Assembly: GCA_951406725.2 (NCBI GenBank)
Contig: OX597832.1
Location: 29,264,001 to 29,328,000, forward strand
Length of the DNA: 64,000 bases
Reading direction: 5' to 3'
From: Octopus vulgaris
Lineage: Eukaryota
Shown here one piece after another: positions 27,696-39,700 of the stretch. A model generated the notes under the pieces. It had not been told where the DNA came from. It was given only the letters and a program-made list of their open reading frames with translations, and searched no databases. The translations under genes were made by a program, and so were the position numbers. How positions within the stretch are numbered: the first letter of the stretch is position 1; each line of letters starts with the position of its first letter.

Positions 27696-29439
27696 TTAAT
27701 TTTACAAAACATTCGAAGAATGAACTTATGAAAAATAATTTTGTTTCTATAATTTTTTAAGGGAAGCATTGCTTTCCTTGCTTCCATGGACTTGAGACCT
27801 ATGGCATGTATATATAATATATAAACACACACATGCCTGCAGAGTAAAGAATGCACTATTTAAATTTTGTTTGGTTCTATTTATGACAGAATTAATCTCT
27901 AAAAGACATTTAGGAGCCTGATTAATCTCTTGAGTCTTTATCAATCCAAACATAATTGTTTAGAAATCTGATAATTTTTTGGGTTCTATTTTCTAAAGAT
28001 ATGTAAAAGCTACTTTTCAATTAAGCATCAACTGTTGACTTCTTGGCTGAGGTTAACGAACGTGACAGAGAGGAGGCGGTGGACAATTGTAAACCCTAAT
28101 TCTAGAACCTGTGAATGACATTACAGTTTATCTTTGTAAATACAGTGGACATGTTGATAATTAACCATTTCAAGAATAAATCTGTTTAAAAATGTGATAA
28201 ATTTATTCTAATTATTCTTCACACAGATTAATTCTATCCTTAATAGAACTAAAAGTTAAACAGATTTAAAACTTTGCCACGGATTCTGTAATCTCTTTGG
28301 ATTTATTTTACTTTTGCAACATTCTTTGAATCCATTGTTTTGTTGTGTTTAAAAAGCAAGAATTGATAATGGTCAAACCTGTCTGATATTGTCTCTCCTG
28401 CCATTCCTAATCTATGAAATAACGTCAGTTCTTCAGTTCAGCTTCCTACCAAAATGTAAACCTCTTTTGTGGATTCCTCATTGTTTTGGATGGTCACTAT
28501 CTTCCAGGCCAATGATGGGAATTCGGTCTAACCCAAGCTAGCAGCAGCTATTCACGGTAATTAGCAATATTACTGGCTAATTAATATTTAGTCAATGCTC
28601 TTTCTTTTCAACACATAACGCCCCCTACCCCTTCTCCCTGCAACGCTTAACCATTTTTTTTTCTTTACTTTTTTTTTTTTTTTGTATAATGCTTTCCTCA
28701 ACTCTACTGGAGTTTTTAACTAGAACCATTTCTGCAAGGATTAAAAAAAAATACAAAAACACAAAAAGCTGTTAAGTCAGAACTATAGGATGTGGAATTC
28801 AGAAAAAAATTCTTTGTAATTCAATGAAGAGAGAAGAAACAACAACAACAACATATACCAAATAGCATTTCTTGTAAATATTTCTGTCAAATAAATTTTA
28901 CAGGACAGGGGTCATTACAGGCCCTTGGTCTTTTTTTCTACTGACCTGTCTTTTGTATTCTTTTTATTTTTACTGATGCCACAAGGGGTCTTTGGGAGTT
29001 GACACTGCTTCAGTTAATTTGAATATTTGGGAAAGTAAGGACCAGCTATCACAGGTGAGTATCTTGAAGTATTTGTGAAAATATTGTCAATCACAGGTGA
29101 GAACTGATTCAAGAAAAGAACCGTCTATTAAAGGTGAGTAATATTCAAGTGTTTATAAAAACAGAATGTTTAGCAGAGAAAAGAGAAGTTAAAAATTGCT
29201 TAAGAAACCCATAAGTAATCATTTCTTTAAAATGGTTGGAATTTTCTCAAAGGTATTTTACTTCGATTGATGGGTTTTCTCCACTAGAAACGTACCACCT
29301 GGTGACTTGGTCGGAAACATGGAAGGTTCTGACTGCATTACAGAAACATTTGTGTCTGTTGGGAACATCAGGATTTCCTTAGAATCTCCCATCCAACATC
29401 TTATTTTACAGGATATCAAAGGTAGAAAAACATTTGAGT

Positions 29440-29700
29440 GAGGTCGTTGCAAGTGGCATGTAAGAAACACCATTTGAGTGTGGCCGTTGCCAGTACCGCC
29501 TGACTGGCCCTTGTGCCGGTGACACGTGAAAGCACCCACTACACCCTCGGAGTGGTTGGCATTAGGAAGGGCATCCAGCCGTAGAAACTCTGCCAGATCA
29601 GATTGGAGCCTGGTGCAGCCATGTGGTTCACCAGCCCTCAGTCAAGTCGTCCAACCCATGCCAGCATGGAAAGCGGATGTTAAACGATGATGATGATGAT
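29440..29700 (+). mobile_element. SINE family C 3' part with internal tandem units and (GAT)n tail
   Basis: GGAGTGGTTGGCATTAGGAAGGGCATCCAGC...GTTAAACGATGATGATG; related copies at 328-478, 2180-2345, 7165-7660, 13717-13865, 39785-39897. Confidence 0.75.
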
Positions 29701-30518
29701 CCTAATGTCTGATTTTGTCTCAACTCAGATGGCAGGGTTGGTACAAAAGCACACAGGGAGGGAAACCATGCTGCTCAACAAAGTCGACTAGTACCTCAGT
29801 CACCTTAAGACAGCTCCTCTGTTCCTCAAAGAAAGCTGATACCGTGTTGATGATATCCATTCTCTAGGGAACCCTTTCAAAAGAAGGAATGATCCTCATC
29901 AACCTTATTAAGAGAACCCTTAACAAATAAACCACTCTCGTTGAGGGCAAACAATAGATTCCAGATGATCTTTTAGGATTGGTGAAACTGTCTTAACAAG
30001 AGCAGTTTACAGTGAAACTAATCTGAAAAGACATTCCCTGGACCCTTCCCAGGCTTGGATGAGCAGAGCTGCTCCTAGAAAGCCACACATGGGTCAGCTA
30101 AAGAGTAGCTCACCCTCAGTCCCGGCTGTCGGTGATCATCATTCTGCGCAAATGGAGCATAAATTTCTGATTTGAAACTTGCCATACATGCAGAGTTGTT
30201 ATCAGTGCCAGACTTTTAGTGAACCGTAATCCATGTTGCAGCTGAAGATCCATGTTCAATGAAGCTTGACAGTGTTATTTATAAAGATTCACACAGTTTC
30301 CAACATCATAATGTTCATTGCAAAGGACCTCAGGCAACTCGTATCAGTTTCCAGTTGTTAAAAAACCCAACAAGCTTTTCTTTTGGGGTCCTTGACTGTG
30401 TGAGACTTCATCTTTCTGGATTCATCCTCACAGCAGGAAAGAGCCACCAGGGTCAACCATTACACTGCGTCACATTGCTACTCTGAGACTCTTTACAAAG
30501 CACCCAGTTACTCTTCCT

Positions 30519-30709
30519 TATTTCTTTATTGCTCACAAGGGGCTAAACATGGGACAAACAAGGACAGACAAAGGGATTAAGTTGGTTACATCGACCCCAA
30601 AAGGATGAAAGGCAAAGTTGACCTCGGCAAAATTTGAACTCAGAACGTAACGGCAGATGAAATACCGCTAAGCATCTCGCCTGGTGTGCTTATGTTTCTG
30701 CCAGCTCAT
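30519..30709 (-). mobile_element. SINE family A copy with 15-bp TSD
   Basis: CCAGTTACTCTTCCT at 30504-30518 and 30710-30724. Confidence 0.85.
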
Positions 30710-30724
30710 CCAGTTACTCTTCCT

Positions 30725-32150
30725 GGGCCATGGGAAGGCCTGCAAGAGAATTGGTGAGGGAAATATTACCTACCATTTGAGGTAACTCCCACATTAACGG
30801 TAATACCGACAGGATCTATGTCAAAAAAAAAAAAAAGACGAGACAGAGACGTGTGAAGTGAGTCCAGATAGTGTTTAGCCAACGCTCCCTGAACAGTGAA
30901 GAGAGAAATCACATGGACTCAGAGGAAATATCCTCAAAAACAGATGCAGTGAAGAACTCGTGAATAAGTAGCCAGCTGTTGCATGTAAGCCAAGAATAGC
31001 TGGACTAAATCTAGTTAAAGAGGAACATCATATCAATAGGAAGTTACGAATGGTTATACGGCTTTTCATGTAAGCAAATACCAACTACATGAGAGGAAGA
31101 GCTGCCTCTTGACGGCCTGTAATAGATACACAGTTCATCAGGGTGATCCACTATTTGGGAACAGAAGGTAGCTTCTAAACATCTGATTAATAAGAGAGAG
31201 ACGAGGATGTCTCTTAAATATTTCCTCTCACAATGTGGAAGTTTGTGTTATATCAGCAGGTAAAATATCTCCGTCAATCATAATCACCTGAAAATGTCTG
31301 CAAGGCACATCATCATCATCATCATCATTGTTTGGCTGTGGTCGAGACAATGGAATTTACCATGCTACGCCAGACTGCACGGTCAATCATAGCATTACAG
31401 AGGTCCTGTTGCTGGATGCATGTATCCCTGGAGATTACATCAGGGTAGGAGAGTGTGCGCCCTCTGGTATCGCGAGCAGATGGCTTCCAGAGGAGAAGAG
31501 TAGAAATTATCTCGTTTTCAGCTCTACAACAATGTCTAGCAAACTGGACTCTTCTACCTTTCACAAGAGATGATACAGGTGGTAGTTTCCCATATATTTG
31601 TACTTTGGTTGGATGACGCTTCCACGGGAAATTTTGAGCTCTCATAAGGAGGCGAGTGTAAGTTCCATCCAACCGCCTCTCAAGCTCCTTTAATAACGTC
31701 CAGGTTTCTGAGCCATATAGTAGAATAGGTTCAACTGTGGCTTTGAAGATTTTAAATTTGAAGTCTCTACTTAGATTTGATGACCAGATCTTATGCATGT
31801 CATTGCAGGCTGACCAGGCCATACCCTTTCTAGTTAGAAAATCTTTTTCAGATGATGATATGTATGACCCAAGATATTGCACACTGCATAAGCTATTTTC
31901 AATTCTGTTGACAGGAATATTGGAAGGTTCACACCAAAACCATTAGAACCAGAATGTATCCATGTCTTTAGAAATAAGGAGGAGGAGAACTTACTGGTGG
32001 AACATTTCTATAAAAACAGAAATCTGGATAAATACAACAGATCTGATATTGTTTCTGGAAATAAGTCATGCTTAGTTGTAGTGGTCACCTGTCCAGTAGA
32101 TGGGAATGTCCCCTCTAAAGTTGTGAAAGAAAGTGAGAACATATATGGTA
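30725..32150 (+). mobile_element. Old R4/Dong-like (RLE) non-LTR retrotransposon relic, split by the RTE insertion
   Basis: Fragments HINGNTDRIYVKK (30790-30826), KMSAR before and A*AIFNS after the RTE, and YNRSDIV...CLVVVVTCPVDGNV (cf. NRPDIV...E/DVxCPxDxN endonuclease). Confidence 0.55.
31308..31876 (-). mobile_element. 5'-truncated RTE-clade LINE: open RT C-terminal ORF ending in a (GAT)n tail
   Basis: ORF YLGSYISSSEKD...KIW...FKATVEPILLYGSETWTL...W; the YLG and LLYGSETW motifs are typical of RTE ORF2 ends; the stop runs into TGA repeats. Confidence 0.85.
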
Positions 32151-35100
32151 CTCTTTACTCGTTTCAGTCATTTGACTGCAGTCATGCTGGAGCACCACCT
32201 TTAGATGAGCAAATCAACCCCAGGACTTATTCTTTGTAAGCCTAGTACTTATTCTATCGGTCTCTTTTACCAAACCACTAAGTTACAGGGATATAAACAC
32301 ACCAGCATCGGTTGTCGAGCGATGTTGGGGGGACAAACACAGACACACAAACATATACGCACATATCATCATCATCGTTTAACGTCCGCTTTCCATGCTA
32401 GCATGAGTTGGACGATTTTGACTGAGGGCTGGCAAACCAGATACTATGGGCTTCTTTCAGTTTCTGTCTACCAAATCCACTTACAAGGCTTTGGTCGGCC
32501 TGAGGCTATAGTGGAAGACACTTGCCCAAAGTTCCACGCAGTGGATCTGAATCTGGAACCATGTGGTTGGTAAGCAAGCTACTTACCACACAGCCACTCC
32601 TGCGCCTATAAACATTAAGACAGTTAAGCATTTCAACCAGAGTGCTAGCGTTTCTTGCAGCTCGCAGCCAATATATTAGATTTCTTATTTGTGCTGCCCA
32701 TCGTAAAGTGGGGGACTGGGTTAAAGACAAACGGTTAAAAAATTAGGAAATACAATGGGGGTTTTCAAGAATGAAAACAAACCGACACACACATCCTCCA
32801 AAATCCAATCTATGAGAAATACAAGGGAAGCTTTGTAAAACATTTAAATTCTCAATCTGAAATTCTCCAAATGAACATACAAAATATATACACAAGTGTG
32901 TGTGTATCATTCACACACAAAGTGCAAATACACACTTGTGTATCAATGAGATATATATATATGAGCTTAAGTGTATCCATACTCACTGCATCGTGGTTCC
33001 ACAACATCGTTGTAAGGCTAAGATTGCTGTCTCTCTGCTATTGGAGCAAACACAGTTGTCTCCCTTGTTTTTATGCCTCTTTAGTGATGAAGTATTCACT
33101 TGGTAGACGACAGGCATTTCACACGATTCCACACCAACTGATGGAGCCAGTGCTCTCGGAAATGCTTGAAGGTTTCTCCCTAGAACTTGACTGCCACAGA
33201 CTGGTTTTCCATTAGAGATGTCCTTTGTCAATACTGAGTAGTGCTGTAGAACTGTCCCTGTGATCTTCACAGAGAGAATAACTGTGTGTGGTGACCCTCC
33301 TTGCATGCGTCAGAATTTCTTGAGTTTTTGTAGGTATCATTCATTTTCTAGGGGACAAAATGCGTAACATATGCACACATATACATGTACATAAACACAC
33401 ACATACACTCAAGCACAATTAAAAGTGCCTCATGTATAGCTGGATGCTACGGAGCAACGAAACTAGGAGGTTACCAAGATTCCTATGCTGAAGAGGAAAA
33501 AAGACTGGAGCAGCCATGAGACGAGAGAACAGGATTTGGAATTTGTAGTTGATCATTGAAAGAATGAATGGGTGGAAGATGAAGAAGAGTGGGATCTGGT
33601 CACTTGGTGTGTGTGTGTAAAGAAAGTAGGAGGACAGTGGCATGGTTGATAGACTGGCCTAACAAAGTGGAATCCATAAATGATTCCTTACACTGTAGTG
33701 TTGTGATCAAGTTTCCTTTCTGTGGGGAAACACACCCTGTGATAGACTAGCGGCCTATCCTTGAACGGCTAGAACTTTTCTCTCCACATCACTCAAGTGG
33801 CAGAATGTTGAACTTCTGTGTGTGTGTCTTTTTTTTTATGTTTTTCAACTCCAGAAATTGAGGTGACAATTTTTTTTTAGAGTTATTGCTTAAAAAACAA
33901 AAATATTTCAATAATTGACAACAGCAACAACATTTCAAATAAAGACAAAGAAAAGCAAATTTTAAAACAAAATTTTATGAAAAAGATCAACTGTATGAGA
34001 TGGGGGAGGGGCAATTAAAAACACTAAAGCAATTATTGCAATTATCATTATTATTAATTATTATATATATTGTTTCATTAAATAACGTTTATGTTATGTT
34101 AAGGTACACAGCAGTACCTCCTTCATTTTGGGTACACAAATCAGTGGTACCTCTTCATAGCCAATGTTTTCTCATGGGTAGCACAGATATGTACATTTAT
34201 TTGTCAGATGGGGTACATAGACAAGTACAGCTTGCAGTTGGGGTACATCACTACAAGTCCAGCGGTTCTATGCTGGGTATTTAGTTTAAAAATAGTAGAA
34301 TGGGTGTGTAACAGATCACAGGTACCCCTATCTACCACAGGTTGTATTACTACACTGACAGGTAAAGAAACCCAAGTCTGGGGTACAACACAAGGTATAT
34401 ACATCAAAAGAAATGTTGTGGGTACCCTCAGGGGTGCAGTGATGCTGTAATTAATGTACCACAGATGTGAAATACTACCGGAAACAGAGTACTTCAAAAG
34501 AGAAGCTATCCTGCAAGCAGCGTACTCTTTAGAGTACAGCAGTTTGGTAAGCAGAGTACCACAGCAGTGCAACACTTCTGTACGCATGGTACCCCAGATG
34601 TACAACACTGCAATATACATGGGCATGAGTAAAAGGTACAGAGTTCATCTCTAAATGGTTGTAGGGGGTGGTTTGGGATTTTAGCCGCAGGTAAAATACA
34701 TATTCAAAGGTGTCCATGGATGTTGTAAGGTCTGTGGGTGTTGTTAGGTCTTTAGATCAATCAGCGTTGTTATGTGTTGTTAGGTAATGACGATCTAAAG
34801 AGTGTTGTTAAGTCAGTGATGGTCTGTTGTTTGGTCAGCAAAGCAGTGGCTGTCCGGGAGGAGAGCATGGGTCATATCACAGAAATGATAGAGAACAGTT
34901 TAGAGATCAATTCTACAGGACAATTGACCATTTAATTGTTGTTGTTGTCCGTATATTTTGAAAAAAAAAAAAAAGATTTTAAAAAAAAATGATTCTTTAA
35001 AACTGCAACAGGAGGAAAGAAGTGTTGTGGTCAGTAAAACTTGCAGTTGATGAAGGACAGACGCAGAAATGTCCAAGTGTGGTTTAAACTATCACAGCAG

Positions 35101-35283
35101 TTTAACAACGTTCTGGGTAAAAAATAATTGAATGCAGAAATGGACTGACTGGAAGTCGTCGGTGAATCTACCACCTTCACCACCACCATCACCACCTTCA
35201 TCACCACCACCACCACCAATTATCATCATCGTCATCATAATCCTCTTGATTACCATATCTGCTGCTTTCTGATGGCTTTTGTG

Positions 35284-35385
35284 TCATACGGTACTCGCTC
35301 CAGATGTGGAATTGAGAAGACTAATGATGGATGCCGAATGTCGGCCCGGTAGGCTGCCAATGCTGTATCGGCCGGAGAGGAAATG
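35284..35385 (-). CDS. DOCK9: Likely terminal coding exon of the DOCK-D gene: HFLSGRYSIGSLPGRHSASIISLLNSTSGASTV*
   Basis: ctctcgttctctccctag| acceptor; phase 0 matches the 45334 donor. S...LLNSTSG resembles the SLHIFNAISG tail of DOCK9. Ends in a class I PDZ-like S-T-V. Confidence 0.7.
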   Translation of the reverse strand, partial: HFLSGRYSIGSLPGRHSASIISLLNSTSGASTV

Positions 35386-35478
35386 CTAGGGAGAGAACGA
35401 GAGACCAAAAACATGAATAACTGTTGCCATGGTAACAAGGTATATACAAACATTTACAATAATTCTGTTATCAATACA

Positions 35479-35895
35479 TATTTCTTTATTACCCACAAGG
35501 GGCTAAACATAGAGGGGACAAACAAGGACAGACTTACGTATTAATTCAATTAGATCGACTCCAGTGCGTAACTGGTACTTATTTAATCGACCCCGAAAGG
35601 ATGAAAGGCAAAGTCAACCTCGGCGGAATTTGAACTCAGAATGTAACGGCAGATGAAATACCTATTTCTTTATTACCCACAAGGGGCTAAACACAGAGAG
35701 GACAAACAAGGCCAGACTTACGTATTAATTTGATTAGATCGACCCCAGTGCGTAACTGGTACTTATTTAATCGACCCCGAAAGGATGAAAGGCAAAGTCG
35801 ACCTCGGCGGAATTTGAACTCAGAACATAGCGGCAGACAAAATACTGCTAAGCATTTCGTCCGGCGTGCTAGCAATTCTGCCAGCTCGCCGCCCT
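35479..35895 (-). mobile_element. SINE family A head-to-tail dimer (full + 5'-truncated unit)
   Basis: Two units with a junction at ~35664; one flanking duplication TGTTATCAATrCA (35466-35478 / 35896-35908). Confidence 0.8.
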
Positions 35896-36443
35896 TGTTA
35901 TCAATGCAAAACCTGTTCATTGCTCTCACCTGTGGGGAAATAATCTACAATGAAAAGCATTTACATAACCATGACTGGAATAAGGTGCTGCCCTGCCAAC
36001 CATGTGGTCAGAAGTTCAAACCCTTGCATAGCTGTTGCTGTATTATGGTTCTCTTGGCAAAGACCAGGAACTCTGTCTGCCAATAAGTTCCATTCTTACC
36101 TCGTTTCTCTGGGGTTTATGAAAGAACATCAAATAGTAAAAACAATATACTGCACCCCCACCCACCCCACCCAGCCTCTGCGGAGCAACAACGCAGACTA
36201 ACGATATAACGAGTTATTGGTTTATAAGATAAATTGCTAATATTATAATTTAAATCATTAAATACTGTATGTGGCAATTTGGTTTAATTAGAAACTGATC
36301 AGCTGTGAGAATGTGACATGGTTGACGAGATGTCAAGCAATTGTTCCAATTAACAAATGGCTTAATTAACCATGAGAAGCAGACAGAATATGATTTGAAT
36401 GTTCTTACTCAAGAAGAACATTTGTGAGAAGCTCTTTCTGACA

Positions 36444-36506
36444 TCACACTCTGCAGGTGGAGGCACTTGTGGCCCCTTTGGTGCAGTTGATCATAGCAAG
36501 AATATT
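36444..36506 (-). CDS. Candidate alternative stop-containing exon: NILAMINCTKGATSASTCRV* (exon may extend to a donor after 36409)
   Basis: ttcctgtcctttccag| acceptor, phase 0; peptide aligns with the distal terminal exon; |gtaaga donor 35 nt after the stop. Confidence 0.45.
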   Translation of the reverse strand, partial: NILAMINCTKGATSASTCRV

Positions 36507-36737
36507 CTGGAAAGGACAGGAACTGTCAACACAAGAAGGTACAGAAGCAAGGGGAGGGGATATGAGGGGTTGGGGTTTCTTGAAAGCCAGTTGGCAGAGT
36601 TGTCAGGGCAACAGAGAGATTGTTTTACAATGAGCGTTTCTGATCTCTGCGTAAAAGGTTTAAATCCTGCCAAGGTCAACTTTGCTTTCAGGGGTCGATA
36701 AAGAAAGCACCGTTGCTGTACTGGGGTCTGTTCTTAC

Positions 36738-36791
36738 TCTTTCTTTTGCTTTCTGTTTGTCCTTCTCTTTTCTCAAAGAAATCCCCATGAC
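36738..36791 (-). CDS. Candidate 54-nt cassette exon of the DOCK-D tail: VMGISLRKEKDKQKAKER
   Basis: ctcattcctctacag| ... |gtaaga; phase 0->0, open, polybasic. Confidence 0.45.
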
Positions 36792-39700
36792 CTGTAGAGG
36801 AATGAGCTCCACCAGGTCTAAAGATACCTGGATTGTGCTCCTTGTGGCCCCACCAATCAGGTGAGGAGCCAAGGCAAGGGAAAGGTCAAATTAAGCAGTT
36901 TTAAAGATTCCAAGTAAATTGACCCAACAATATTTGAGAGGAATCAAAGAAAGAACTCTTATAGAGAGAGGTTTGGCATTTCAGATTCCTTGGAATGGAA
37001 AGTTGTGATGGTCATGCCTTTCTGAAAGTAATTTGTGACAGAAGTAAAACTCAAACACAGACTTTGGAGTCGGGGTGTTATCAACCATTTAAAACCTACC
37101 TTTTGTTCAACCTCAGCTTAGCCCTGATTCCATAGACCTTTGATCAAATACCTTCCAACCATGACAATCCCACCTCACTTTTTCAAAAAGTATATCAATG
37201 TGTCCTTCTCTTTTGTGAGATATAATATAAATTAGACTGCTATATCTAGCAGGCCAAGAAGCCAAATAGAGGCTTTAAAAGTGTTGTGTTACCAATCTTT
37301 GAGAACGTCTGATAGTCTTGGAACAGAATTGGAGACAATTCTACAGGATTCGTCAGAAACCAAAAAAACAAATATAAAACAACAAAAGTATATAAAACAA
37401 ATCAACTGAGACACAAATCACATTGATTAAAGAATGGTAAAATCATGCAGAACTTGAGGAAATGGTAAATCATGCAGAACCTGGCAAAATATAAGAAAAC
37501 TTTGAAGAGGAAATCCGAAGCTCAATAAGCAAGCGTTGGGACCATGCAAAGGAAGAACATGCAAAATAAAACAAGGGCAGATAACCACAAAACACAACTG
37601 CACCAGGGGACAACAACAACAGCGGCAGTAGCAGCAGCCATCCTGTAATGATTAGTAAAGACACTAGACATTACCACCCCATCGCCCCCACCATCAACCC
37701 CACAGTCTGTTGTGTGAGTGTGAACCCCAGGACGATAACTGATGACTATGAGCTACAGTGTTCTAATTAGCAACATCACAGGAACACTTGATATGGCTGT
37801 TAATAATGCTTTTTTGGAAGTGGACCCTAGAATTGGAGATTGTGAAGGGATGACTTCTGCAGGGAGTAGAATCTAAGCCTGATGTTATAACATAAGAGGG
37901 TCTCTCTCATCCAATTAAATAGGTAAATAAAAGGCTCTGAGGACCTGTTTTAATTACCGACAGGTGTTAACTTCAAAATCCAATACTGTGGTCTTACACT
38001 TGAGTGTTGAGTGACACTCAACCAGCCAAAACTGTTTCATGTGAGGAAGCCTTGAGTTGTCTTCTATGACAAACCTTAATATTTCATATAAAAGGGAAAT
38101 ATTTGCAAAACATTTCACATTTCTTTGGATTGCCTTTAACCATTTTCTCAGTGGTCAAGTTCACCTTGGACCATTCTTTCACTCAAGCAATCACATCCCA
38201 TCACTCACACTGGCCTCAACATCCAAGCCCATCATCGGCTGGTGTTGTTTTCAGAAGATTTTTTCCCCACAAACTCACCCACTCCTTTTACCCCTCACTA
38301 ACCAACCAATCACCACCACCACCATCATCATCATCAAACACTAATCCTCCAATCCTCCTTCTCCACAACTCCCCTTCCCTAATGTCCCTCGCCCACCACA
38401 ACCAACACACTCAGTCATCCATATTCCAGAGCAAGGACAATTCTTGGAAGATTCTGGCTTCTGTGCCAACCACCCACAGAAACACCACCACCATTGCTAA
38501 ATCCACTCCTAGCACACTACTACCTCAGCCATTATTTACATGGTTGTAGTATTAGTAGTAGTAATAGTGGTGGTGGTGGTGATGGCTCAGTTGAAGACCC
38601 CCCACAACTCCTCTGCAATCAAAAGAACAACACCTCACACACCCAAATGACTCCTGAAGATTAACGAATAATGTAGATTAGTTAGGACAGGTGTGACTTT
38701 GGTGAGATCAAGGTGGATGGAATAACCCCAGACATTCAAAGATATGAACAGGGAGCAGCATGGCCTGGAAACTGGCATGAATCCCACAAGACGAGAATTT
38801 GCAAAGTAAAGTTTTCTAAACGAGAGGCAGTGGGGGGAGAGAAACAGCAGAGTCCTCTATATAAGGGGGGGGCAATAGGGAAGAGTTTTATATAGGTGAA
38901 GTGGGGAGACAATAGAGTAGGGTGTGTTTCAAAGGAAATAAGTGAAGTAGTCCTTTAGTGAGGAGGTGGTGGGGTAACAGTCGTTTAGAGATATTTGATT
39001 GAGGGCTGATCCCTTTTCTTGGATCTTCGAGTCCAATTGATGTTAGTTCAAGGGAGTTAGTTCAGGGTGAGAAATAAGGGTGGATTTGAACCAAGAATCC
39101 GTGGCTGGACAGAGGGTGCAACTGGTGAGGGTGAGAGGCGAGCAGGAGATGTAGTCATACCAGATGCTAGAAAACAAGGAGAGGATGATGATGATGAGGA
39201 GGAGGAGGAAGAGGAAAATATTAGATTGCAATGTTGATGATGATGAGGAGGAGGAAGAGTAAGAGGAAAATATTTGATTGCAATGTTGATGATGATGATG
39301 AAGAGGAGGAGAATATTGTTTGATGATGATTATGATGACTATGATGATGATAAAAGCCTGAAATATGAAGTTTATAATTAACTTGTCTCTAGGACTAGAA
39401 AAAGACTATCTTTCAACCTGGCTTCATCTGCTGAAGAGGATAGCTGCCTGCTAAAAGTGAGGCAACTCCCATCGTCACAGACACAAATAACATTTAGAAC
39501 AACATCAACAACACCATAAAAAACATTAATAGATTTATTAAACCCGTCTTGCTACATTACCATGGATACATTCTTTGTCTCCCCACCCATCCTCTCATCA
39601 ACCCTTTGCTTTCCCTTGTGTCATCAGGTGACTCTCCTGACAAGTTCTGCCTACGACGGTCAGTTATGAGCAAGTGATGTTACCATCATCACGATAAGCC

